DNA of 59,770 nucleotides, counting the filler, from Myxococcota bacterium (GTDB lineage: Bacteria > Myxococcota > Myxococcia > Myxococcales > Myxococcaceae): NCBI GenBank assembly GCA_049322255.1. It is 5 parts of 5 records of this genome, joined end to end, with 100 filler letters (N's around TTAATTAATTAA, not from the genome) between each part and the next. Parts side by side here need not be neighbours in the genome. Positions count along the whole stretch, not along the records: positions 12,512 to 24,862 come from JBMORE010000121.1; positions 24,963 to 36,623 come from JBMORE010000124.1; 3 more parts are not named here. One strand, given 5' to 3'. The notes under the pieces are model-generated. The model did not search any database, was not told where the DNA came from, and saw nothing but the letters and a program-made list of their open reading frames with translations. Below are positions 18,097 through 25,959 of this stretch, piece by piece; within the stretch, counting starts at the first letter, position 1, and every line of letters begins with the position of its first letter. A program made the position numbers and the translations under genes.

Positions 18097-20385
18097 TTAG
18101 ATGTAACCGAAGCGGCGGCGGAGCATCCACTCCACGCCGAGCAACGCCACGAGCACCACCAGGTAGTACCAGCGGTCCCACAGGGGCTGGTCCTTGCTGC
18201 GCCCGACCTCGACCACGGGGGGATCTAAAAGCGGCGCGTCGGAAAGCCGCGCCGAGGAAAGGCGAAACGCCTTTCCGCCTGTGAGTCGGGCGATGTCTTC
18301 GAGCAGGTCGGGCCGCACCGAAGCGTCGGAGAGCTCGGGGCCCACCGCGCGCACCGCCACCGCGTCCTCTCCCGCGCCCAAGATCTGCTCTCCCTTCTTG
18401 GCCGTCCCCAGAAGCTTGTACGCGCCAGGTTCGGGCGGAGAAAACTCGAGCCGCACCACGCCATCGGAAGCCGTCGTTCCCTCTTGCGTCGCCACCACCT
18501 TCTGCTGCTGCACCGAGAAGAGGTCGACCTTCACTCGAGCCTGCGCCGCGGGTTGATAGTCGGCCAGCCGCGCAGCGACGATGACCCCCACCTTCTTGCC
18601 CGGCTCCACCGAGCCTGGGTCGGCAGTCACCGTCAGGGTGGTGAGGTCGGGGTCGCGCACCAGCCAGCGCAGGGCGTTGCTCCAGAAGCGGTCGTAATGG
18701 CGCGACGGCGAGCCATGGGCGTGAGAAACGAACGCCCAATACCAGCTGGCGTCGGTCATCAGCGCCATCGAGCGTCCGCGCCCGTAGTCCCACAGCGCGA
18801 GCAACGGAGCGCTCTTGCCGTCCACGTTGGCATGCGGGTGGTCGAGCAACACCGTGGCGCCGTTCTTGGCGCGTACCAGGTTCGCCCCGGGAATCGCCGG
18901 GAGCTCGCTCCAAGCCGCGGCGGTGCCCATGCCCGCCCCGAAGAGCGCGGTGACCGGGTGACGCAACCCTTCAGGGGTGAGGCGAGCCTTGACCTCCGAG
19001 AGGTCTGCCGGGATGCCCGCGTTTTCCACCGGTAGCGCCGCCGAGAGGACGGGGAACTGCACCCTCCCCTCGCCGAAGGCATGGTCGCCGCCGATCATCG
19101 CGAACGCCCCGCCGTTGTACACGTAGCGTTCGAGGTTGCTCTCGTACGTTCCACCTAGCGAGAGCGAGGGGGCGGTGTAGCCGAAGTTCTGGAAGATCAC
19201 GACGTCGAAGGTGTCGAGCTTCTTGTCGAAGATTTCGTCCATGGGGAAGGGAATGAGCGACAGCTCGTGGTCTGGGTAGCCCTTGTGATCCCAATCGGTC
19301 CTCAAGATGTAGAAGCTGATGAGGTCGATGTTGGCGTCTTGCTTGAGCAGGCCGCGCAAGAAGCGCTCGTCCCACGAGGGCCGTCCCACCACCAAAAGCA
19401 CCCGCACCCGGTCGCGTATGACTTTCAAGGTGAACGACCGGGAGTTGTTCTCCGCCACCGCCTCTTCGGGAAACACCGGCAAGGACACCGTGTACACGAA
19501 GCGGCCGGTCTGATCGGGGGTGAAGACGAAGGACACTGTCTTCAGCTCGTCGTCGCCGTTGGGCGTCATCACCTTGGTGGCCACCGTCTTTCCTTCCCGG
19601 CCCAGCACCACCCCCACGCTCTGCCCTTTGAAGCCGCGCGCGCGCACTTCCACCTCGACCTCGATCGAGTTGCGCACGAAGGCGAAGTCGTCGACCTTCA
19701 CCGTTTCGATGGCCAGGTCCTGAAGCGCTTCCTTGCCCGCGAGGAAGGTGGACACCGGCACCTCCAGCTCTTCCAGCGCGCGTTGGGCGCGCCCCACCGC
19801 CCCACCGGAAAGCTCGACGTTGTCCGCGCCATCGGTGAACAGGAGCACACCCGAAAGCTTCTTGGTCGCCGCCCCTTGCTCCCCTGCCTTGAGCGCGCGC
19901 AAGGCCGAGAGCAAATCGGTGCGGCCTCCACGGGCGGCCTCTCGGCGCAGCGTTTCTTGCGACAGCGGAGACAGCTCGGAGTCGAAGCCAAAAAGCTCGA
20001 CGGTGAAGCGCTCGCGTAAAGCGTCGAGCTGTGCAGCGCTGGCATCGAGCAGCTGGGCCACGGCTTCCGAGCGCGGCCGACCGCCCGGCTCGACTGGAAA
20101 GCCCATCGACGATGAGCGGTCGACCAGTATCGCCACCCGATTCTTCACCCGGGCCACTTGGAGCATGCGCAGGCCCGGCTCGAGCAAAAAGAAGGCCGCG
20201 CACAGCCCGGCGAGCGCGCGCAAGGCCCACAGCGCCAGCCGCTTGGTACGGGCGGGTTCCTTGAGCACGCCGTAGGCCGCCAGCAGCACGCCCGCCACCA
20301 CCGCGGTGGCCACCAGAGCGAGCGCCCACGCGGGCAGCGGCGAGAGGCTCACCAGCCTCCAGGCGTTGTAGGGCTTGTCGTTCAG
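18097..20385 (-). CDS. Membrane protein with vWA-like, Ig-like and class I GATase-like domains (DUF4159-associated)
   Basis: N-terminal TM pair, LVDRSSSM (MIDAS-like), TDL, LFTDG, GRPSWDERFLR, GRGR and a C-terminal EWMLRRR TM anchor. Start uncertain: CTG 20385 or GTG 20352. Confidence 0.7.
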   Translation of the reverse strand: MNDKPYNAWRLVSLSPLPAWALALVATAVVAGVLLAAYGVLKEPARTKRLALWALRALAGLCAAFFLLEPGLRMLQVARVKNRVAILVDRSSSMGFPVEPGGRPRSEAVAQLLDASAAQLDALRERFTVELFGFDSELSPLSQETLRREAARGGRTDLLSALRALKAGEQGAATKKLSGVLLFTDGADNVELSGGAVGRAQRALEELEVPVSTFLAGKEALQDLAIETVKVDDFAFVRNSIEVEVEVRARGFKGQSVGVVLGREGKTVATKVMTPNGDDELKTVSFVFTPDQTGRFVYTVSLPVFPEEAVAENNSRSFTLKVIRDRVRVLLVVGRPSWDERFLRGLLKQDANIDLISFYILRTDWDHKGYPDHELSLIPFPMDEIFDKKLDTFDVVIFQNFGYTAPSLSLGGTYESNLERYVYNGGAFAMIGGDHAFGEGRVQFPVLSAALPVENAGIPADLSEVKARLTPEGLRHPVTALFGAGMGTAAAWSELPAIPGANLVRAKNGATVLLDHPHANVDGKSAPLLALWDYGRGRSMALMTDASWYWAFVSHAHGSPSRHYDRFWSNALRWLVRDPDLTTLTVTADPGSVEPGKKVGVIVAARLADYQPAAQARVKVDLFSVQQQKVVATQEGTTASDGVVRLEFSPPEPGAYKLLGTAKKGEQILGAGEDAVAVRAVGPELSDASVRPDLLEDIARLTGGKAFRLSSARLSDAPLLDPPVVEVGRSKDQPLWDRWYYLVVLVALLGVEWMLRRRFGYI

Positions 20386-20388
20386 CCG

Positions 20389-21132
20389 CTACCTCCGCTT
20401 CTTCATGATGAGGTCCAGGTGCACCGCGTCGTCTTTGTAGTCGAGGCAGAGGGCGTACATGCACACGTTGATGCCCATGCGGAACGCGTACTCACGCTGG
20501 CTCTCGCCGCCGGGAGAGCACTCGAGCTCGTAGTCGCCGCCCTCGTCGCGGTTCCAGGCGCCGGCGAGGTCGTTTTGGGAGTACATCACCGCGGCCCGCT
20601 TCCCCAGCTTCACCGCCTCCAGATAGGGCTTGTGCAGCAGCCGCCCGGGCGCCGAGTCGAGCAGGAAGAAGCTCTTGAAGACCACGTGCTCCATCGGCAG
20701 CGGAGCGAGCCTTCCTTGCGGCAGCACTCGGGCAAGCTCGCGGCGGAAGCTCTTGTCGAAGCCGGTACCGTCCGAGCCGTCGTTGGCGTCGGCGAAAAGA
20801 AACCCGCCGAAGGTCAAATAGCGACGCAGGTTCTCCACCTCGCCGGCGGAGAACGGTGGAAACTCGCCGTCGCCGCCCAAATAGAGGAAGGGAAACTGGA
20901 AGAGCTGCGGGCTGGAGAGGGCGAAGGCGCGTGCGGCGAGGCTCGCCTCCACCGAGGTGCGGCGCTGTAGCTCCACCGCCAGCCGCCGCAGGCCCGACAC
21001 CCGGGCGTCCCACCGGCCGCCGTGCTGAGCGACCGCAGGGGTGAACTTGTCGGTCTCACCGAAGGCGAACGCACGAGGAGCGAAGGGCAGCGCCCCCAGC
21101 GCTCCCAGGAGCGTCCGGCGTGTCATCGGCAT
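20389..21132 (-). CDS. DUF4159 domain protein with Tat signal
   Basis: TRRTLLG twin-arginine motif, FPFLY, LRRYLTFGGFLFAD, NDLAGAW, GINVCMYAL..DYK.D. Confidence 0.8.
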   Translation of the reverse strand: MPMTRRTLLGALGALPFAPRAFAFGETDKFTPAVAQHGGRWDARVSGLRRLAVELQRRTSVEASLAARAFALSSPQLFQFPFLYLGGDGEFPPFSAGEVENLRRYLTFGGFLFADANDGSDGTGFDKSFRRELARVLPQGRLAPLPMEHVVFKSFFLLDSAPGRLLHKPYLEAVKLGKRAAVMYSQNDLAGAWNRDEGGDYELECSPGGESQREYAFRMGINVCMYALCLDYKDDAVHLDLIMKKRR

Positions 21133-21187
21133 GGCCGCCTATATACCGTCGACGGGGTGGGCAATTCCCCGTTATATGGCGACCTCG

Positions 21188-21535
21188 ATGGGAAAGAACG
21201 CACAGCGGCACAAAGACAACCAGCGCGACGGTGGGCACGCTCACCCTCCAGCGTCGTTATTGCGCGCGGCGTTCGAGGCGTACGAGGCAGGCGACGTGGT
21301 GCAGGCGCGCCGCGCAGCCAAGCGCGCGCTGGCCGACTTCTCACCCGCCGACAAGAACGCGGCCAAGGAGCTAGGAAAGAAACTCTTCGCCGATTCGAAG
21401 GTCCCGACCGAGCCGCGTGAGCTCGCCGAAGAGTTGCTACGCCGCACCGAGATTCATTGGAAGCCTTACGTCTTCGCCGGCGTCGCTTTGGCCATCATCC
21501 TCTTGATGATTGTCCTGGCGGCCTTGCGCGCCTGA
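21188..21535 (+). CDS. Small hypothetical protein with C-terminal TM helix
   Basis: Coding-like composition, helical region AFEAYEAGD and a hydrophobic C-terminus; start uncertain (21176 or 21188). Confidence 0.6.
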   Translation: MGKNAQRHKDNQRDGGHAHPPASLLRAAFEAYEAGDVVQARRAAKRALADFSPADKNAAKELGKKLFADSKVPTEPRELAEELLRRTEIHWKPYVFAGVALAIILLMIVLAALRA

Positions 21536-21546
21536 CGTTTTCGACC

Positions 21547-22269
21547 TTGGACCTCACCCGGGCCCTCCACGCCTACCGCACGCTCGATCCCATCGGCTGG
21601 GTGAGCGCCTACCAGGTGCTCCCCCCCTGGGCGGGACTCTTGATGATGGGGGTTGCAGTCGCGTTGCTCCTCGCTGGCGGAGGCAAGCTGTTTCGGGTGG
21701 TGGCAGGTCCCATCGGCGCGCTGGCGGGGCTGCTGTGGGCAGCGCCCATCGCCTCGCGGCTGGGGGCAGTCGGCAGTCCGAACACGTTCTCCGTGGCTGC
21801 GGCGGTGGCACTGGGAGTGCTGGGCTCGGCGGTGCCCGCGAGCGCGGTGTTCTTCACCTTCGGCGTTCCCGGCGGGTTGCTCGCTGGCGAGCTGGCTGGC
21901 CCCGACGACTGGCTCCTGGGGTTTCTGCCCGGCTTTTTCGTGGTGGGCGCATTCGCCGCCATGTTCACCAGGTACATCGGCACGGTGGCAGCGTCGGCAG
22001 TCGGAGCGTGGCTGTTCGTGCTCGGCACCCTGTCCGCCGTGCACGGGCTCGGCGGTCTTGCCGCCCTGGCCGTCCACCAGCCGTACGGCGTGTTGGGAGC
22101 AGCGCTCATCCTCGCGGTGGCCGGTTCGGTCTATCAGCTGGTGGTCAAGCCCACGCCCGAGGAAGTGGAAAGAATCAAGGCCGAAAAGGCCCGCCAAAAG
22201 CTCGCCAAGGAGCAAAAGAAGGCGGTGGAGAAACGCTGGGCGAGCTACTCGGAGAAGCGGAAGAAGTAG
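21547..22269 (+). CDS. Polytopic membrane protein (DUF4203-like)
   Basis: Six to seven Gly-rich TM segments and a basic C-tail; TTG start inferred. Confidence 0.6.
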   Translation: MDLTRALHAYRTLDPIGWVSAYQVLPPWAGLLMMGVAVALLLAGGGKLFRVVAGPIGALAGLLWAAPIASRLGAVGSPNTFSVAAAVALGVLGSAVPASAVFFTFGVPGGLLAGELAGPDDWLLGFLPGFFVVGAFAAMFTRYIGTVAASAVGAWLFVLGTLSAVHGLGGLAALAVHQPYGVLGAALILAVAGSVYQLVVKPTPEEVERIKAEKARQKLAKEQKKAVEKRWASYSEKRKK

Positions 22270-22320
22270 GCGGCTACCCTTCACCGCTCCTTGGAACCGT
22301 GATAGGCCGCGCACCGTTCG

Positions 22321-23106
22321 ATGGGTCAGCCCAAGCGAAAAGAGAAGCTCGCAGAGCCCCCTGCCCCCGAAGAAGTGAAAGCCGACGGCGGCGAAGCGGG
22401 TGTCGAGCGGTGGCAAAAGCCCAAACCGCTTTCACCCAAGGGTTGGGCGGTGCTCGCAATGGTGGTGCTGGCGGTGAATCTGCCGCTCATCCACTACTAC
22501 CTCTTCCGCGGCGAGATGGAAGCGACCGTCTCGCTGCCGTACAGCGACGATTTCTCCAACCCGGCCACAGTGAGGAACAACTACTGGAGCACCGGCGGCT
22601 ACTGGCGGGTGGTCAACGGCGAGCTGCTCTCCCCGGGAGTGAAAAACAACCCCTTGTGGCTCAAGGCCAAGCTGCCCCAGAACGTGGCGGTGGAATTCGA
22701 CGTGCGCTCGATGTCGCCCGAGGGGGACGTCAAGGTCGAAATCTTCGGAGATGGCTCTGACCATGCCTCGGGCTACGTGCTCATTCACGGCGGGTGGAAC
22801 AATTCGCTGTCCATCATCGCGCGCCTCGACGAGCACGGAGTTCCGCTGTCCCGGCTCAAAACGGGCGAGCTGAAGAAGGGCACGCGCATGCGCGTCGAAG
22901 CCAGCCCCTACCGGGTGGAGCTCGGCCGCAAGTACCGCTGGCGCATCGAGCGACGCGGCTCCTTGCTCACCTGGCACATCGACGGGCAGAAGTTCATGGA
23001 ATTCGACGACCCCTTCCCGCTCGCGGGCAAAGGCCACGACCGCTTCGGCTTTTCCTCGTGGGAAGCGCAGCTGTACTTCGACAACTTCAAGGTCGAGCCG
23101 CTCTAG
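22321..23106 (+). CDS. Membrane-anchored ConA-like lectin/glucanase-fold hypothetical protein
   Basis: One N-terminal TM, YSDDFS start of domain, WHIDGQK and LYFDNFKV beta-sandwich signatures. Confidence 0.6.
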   Translation: MGQPKRKEKLAEPPAPEEVKADGGEAGVERWQKPKPLSPKGWAVLAMVVLAVNLPLIHYYLFRGEMEATVSLPYSDDFSNPATVRNNYWSTGGYWRVVNGELLSPGVKNNPLWLKAKLPQNVAVEFDVRSMSPEGDVKVEIFGDGSDHASGYVLIHGGWNNSLSIIARLDEHGVPLSRLKTGELKKGTRMRVEASPYRVELGRKYRWRIERRGSLLTWHIDGQKFMEFDDPFPLAGKGHDRFGFSSWEAQLYFDNFKVEPL

Positions 23107-23333
23107 CCTTCGGTCTCCAACATCTTGAGCTCGGCCACCGTGTGGTCGTACTTCGGAAGACCGTGTCCCGAAGTGGGTAGAACGATGCGCTCGCGGGCAG
23201 CAGCCTTCTCGGTCAGCGCCTCGCGCAACGAACGCTCGGCGAATTCGCTCAACGTCATGCCCAGCTCAGCCGCTCGCTTCTGGGCCTGCCGAACGACCTC
23301 GTTCCTGAGCACCAACGTTATTTTTATAAGCAC
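23103..23333 (-). CDS. Ribbon-helix-helix / VapB-like antitoxin, orphan
   Basis: GTG start 7 nt after GGAGG; KITLVL..EVVRQAQKRAAELGMTLSEFAERSLREAL; no toxin downstream. Confidence 0.6.
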   Translation of the reverse strand: MLIKITLVLRNEVVRQAQKRAAELGMTLSEFAERSLREALTEKAAARERIVLPTSGHGLPKYDHTVAELKMLETEG

Positions 23334-23352
23334 GGCCGTACCTCCGGAGACC

Positions 23353-23475
23353 GCAATCCTCGGTGAAGCGCGGGTGACTGTCCGGAGCGTACGCCTGGCC
23401 GCCGACCCGAAAGAGCTCAACGCCCGAAGCGTCGAGCTCCGCCAACAGATCTATCAAGTCAGAGGGGAGGTCCAT
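23353..23475 (-). pseudogene. Truncated nucleotidyltransferase remnant
   Basis: MDLPSDLIDLLAELDASGVELFRVGGQAYAPDSHPRFTED aligns by eye with the N-terminus of 43523-43996 (MKINSDFSDLLSALNEAEARYLIVGAYAVAWYAEPRFTKD), then similarity stops. Confidence 0.65.
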
Positions 23476-23532
23476 CGGGGTGCGCCATCGAAGCGCTGAG
23501 TCTCCCCGGAAGGCATCACGCCTGACACCTTT

Positions 23533-24576
23533 CTATGCCTTCGGCGCGGCGACCAAATCGAAGTCGGGAATCTTCGCCCGCATGTACGCGCGCATCCTTT
23601 CGATGAGCGCCGCCTCGATCTGCCTGGCGCGCTCGCGGCTGACGCCATAGTGGTCGCCGATGTCTTGCAGGGTGAGCGGCTCGTCGGCGGTGAGGCGCTG
23701 CTCGAAGATGTAGCGCTCCTTCTCCGAGAGACTCTTGGCGAACTCGGCGAGGTTCTCGCGGAAGATGGCCTTGAGCTCCTCGTTGCCCAGCCGCTCGTCG
23801 GCGGGTGTGGCCGCGGAAGGAAGCATGCGGTCCACCCGCGGGGTCTTCGTCTCGTCGCCCAGCGGAGCGTCGATGGACACCTCGTCGTTGCCCAGCCGCT
23901 GGTCCATCTCCACCACGTCCTGCTCGGTGACGTTGAGGCGCTCGGCGAGCAACTTCGGCGTGACCTCGAAGCCCTGGGCGAGCAGCCGCTCCTGCTCCTG
24001 GCGCAACTTGAAGAAGAGCTTTCGCTGGGCCTCGGTGGTGCCCAGCTTCACCATCTTCCAGTTGTCCATGATGTAGCGGAGGATGTACGCCCGAATCCAC
24101 CAGGCGGCGTAGCTGGAGAGCTTCACCCCTCGGTACGGGTCGAACTTCTTCACCGCCTGCATCAAGCCGATGTTGCCTTCCTGAATGAGGTCGAGCAGCG
24201 AGAAGGGGTTGCGGTGGTACTCGTGCGCGAGCTTGACCACCAGGCGTAAGTTGGCTGCCACCAGCCGGTACGCCGCCGAGACGTCGCCGGTCTTCACGTA
24301 GCGCACCGCCAGCGCGTGCTCCTCTTCGCGTGAGAGCAACGGGTGCCGGGTCACCTCGCTCATGTATGCCTGGAGCGGATCCTTGCGAGCGATGGAGACG
24401 CCCGTCGACGGCGCCAATGCGACTGTCTCTTCGGGGGTGACCTCCTCTTCGAGCTCCTCGGGCGTGGGCTCGCGCTCCTCCTCGGGCGCTTCCTCGGTGG
24501 CCGCGACCGGTACCGCCTCCTTCTTCGGCGGCTTGGCCTTCGCGCCCTTGCCCGTCTTCTTCCTTGCCGGCGACAT
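23533..24576 (-). CDS. rpoH: RNA polymerase sigma factor, sigma-32 (RpoH) family
   Basis: LVAANLRLVVK, DLIQEGNIGLMQAVKKFDP, RpoH box QRKLFFKLR, region 4 TLQDIGDHYGVSRERARQIE. Myxobacteria carry several paralogs, so orthology is not certain. Confidence 0.88.
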   Translation of the reverse strand: MSPARKKTGKGAKAKPPKKEAVPVAATEEAPEEEREPTPEELEEEVTPEETVALAPSTGVSIARKDPLQAYMSEVTRHPLLSREEEHALAVRYVKTGDVSAAYRLVAANLRLVVKLAHEYHRNPFSLLDLIQEGNIGLMQAVKKFDPYRGVKLSSYAAWWIRAYILRYIMDNWKMVKLGTTEAQRKLFFKLRQEQERLLAQGFEVTPKLLAERLNVTEQDVVEMDQRLGNDEVSIDAPLGDETKTPRVDRMLPSAATPADERLGNEELKAIFRENLAEFAKSLSEKERYIFEQRLTADEPLTLQDIGDHYGVSRERARQIEAALIERMRAYMRAKIPDFDLVAAPKA

Positions 24577-24696
24577 CGTGGGAATTCTCTAACCCAAACT
24601 TCGTGCGCCTGCGACGGCGCCGAAGCGTTCTCCTTGGGATTTGTTGCCAGCACGATCCTCCGGGGATATGCCCCTTGGATGGAATCACTGGGGACC

Positions 24697-24862
24697 ATGA
24701 GCGAAGCAACCACCGAGCCCGACACCCGTCCACAGGAGTACCTCGCCGACGTCGGGTTCGACGACCTAGGCATGTCTCCCGAGCTGCGCCGGGCGGTGGC
24801 CGAGCGGGGGTACCAGCACCCGACCCCCGTACAGGCCAAGGCCTTCCGCCCGGTGGTCGAAG
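24697..24862 (+). CDS. DEAD/DEAH-box RNA helicase, N-terminus only
   Basis: Q motif FDDLGM...GYQHPTPVQ; runs into the linker. Confidence 0.8.
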
Positions 24863-24962
24863 NNNNNNNNNNNNNNNNNNNNNNNNNNNNNNNNNNNNNN
24901 NNNNNNTTAATTAATTAANNNNNNNNNNNNNNNNNNNNNNNNNNNNNNNNNNNNNNNNNNNN
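24863..24962. other. Artificial contig linker
   Basis: N44-TTAATTAATTAA-N44. Confidence 0.99.
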
Positions 24963-24973
24963 GCGTCACGGCG

Positions 24974-25351
24974 CTACTGTGAACAGCGCCACTCGCCGGC
25001 GCCGCCGTCGACCTCGACACAAGAAAGCAGCGCGGTTGTCCAGCAGCCTTCTGTGGTCATAACACCCGATCCCGGGTACCAGCATTCCAAGCCAGCCGAG
25101 CTACAAGACGTCGGCGGGGAGCATCGCGCTCGTGCGTCCTGCCAAGACGCAGCGCATCCGCTTGGATTGGGGCCGCCGTCGAATGGACAGGGTTGGCCAG
25201 CATCCACGCACGCACCACCGTCGCAATCGCCAGCAGAGCCGCAGCTTCCGCCATCGCAACTCCCGTCAGGCCCTCCGTCGTTGCTGGAAGGAAGACCGGA
25301 ACAGCCAGATACGACCGCCAAGGCCAGGACAACGAGAACACTGCGCCGCAT
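24974..25351 (-). CDS. Small Cys-rich lipoprotein
   Basis: MRRSVLVVLALAVVSGC lipobox, repeated DGG/DAG and many Cys residues. Confidence 0.65.
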   Translation of the reverse strand: MRRSVLVVLALAVVSGCSGLPSSNDGGPDGSCDGGSCGSAGDCDGGACVDAGQPCPFDGGPNPSGCAASWQDARARCSPPTSCSSAGLECWYPGSGVMTTEGCWTTALLSCVEVDGGAGEWRCSQ

Positions 25352-25480
25352 TTTTCCTCCAATGCGCATCAGCCATCGCTCGATGGTTCCAGGCCCCTTC
25401 GCCGGCTGCCTAGCACACGACCGATGCCAAGTCCGTCGTGTCTCTTGATTTTCCGGGCCTCATCTCCCTAGGAAGAATCT

Positions 25481-25732
25481 ATGGCGCTGAACATCAAACA
25501 TCCCGAAGCTGACCGCCTGGCCCGTGAGCTGGCGGAACGAACCGGGGAGACCATCACAGACGCGGTGGTCACAGCCCTTCGCGAGCGGCTGAGCCGCGAA
25601 AAGGCCAAGGGAGGAGTCCGGCTGAAGGATGAAATCATGACCATCAGTCGGCGGGCCGCGTCCTTGCCGCGCCGAACGGGGCGAAGCGCCGATGAGATCC
25701 TCGGGTACGACGACCGCGGGCTGCCTCGCTGA
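25481..25732 (+). CDS. vapB: VapB antitoxin (Rv0623-like)
   Basis: [33 protein letters not shown]...GYDDRGLP. Confidence 0.85.
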   Translation: MALNIKHPEADRLARELAERTGETITDAVVTALRERLSREKAKGGVRLKDEIMTISRRAASLPRRTGRSADEILGYDDRGLPR

Positions 25733-25959
25733 CGGTCCTCGATACCTCCGCTGTCATCGCGATTCTCTTCGGTGAGCCGGAAGCCGAACTTTTCGCCGAG
25801 GCGATCGAGAGTGACCACACCCGCCTCATCTCTGCGGCTTCGGTGCTCGAGGCCAGCATCGTCGCCGAAAGCGAGCTCGGCGAAGCGCTCCTCTTCAAGG
25901 GAAATGATTTCTCCCAGACGGACGTGCGGATCTTCACGAACGTGGGAGAAGCTTCTTGA
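25732..25959 (+). pseudogene. vapC: vapC PIN toxin pseudogene (start ACG, internal in-frame deletion)
   Basis: Reads [18 protein letters not shown]...ISAASVLEASIVAES|ELGEALLFKGNDFSQTDV. Only 75 codons; the central LNFGD-type segment is missing and TGACG replaces the usual TGATG coupling. Confidence 0.8.
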
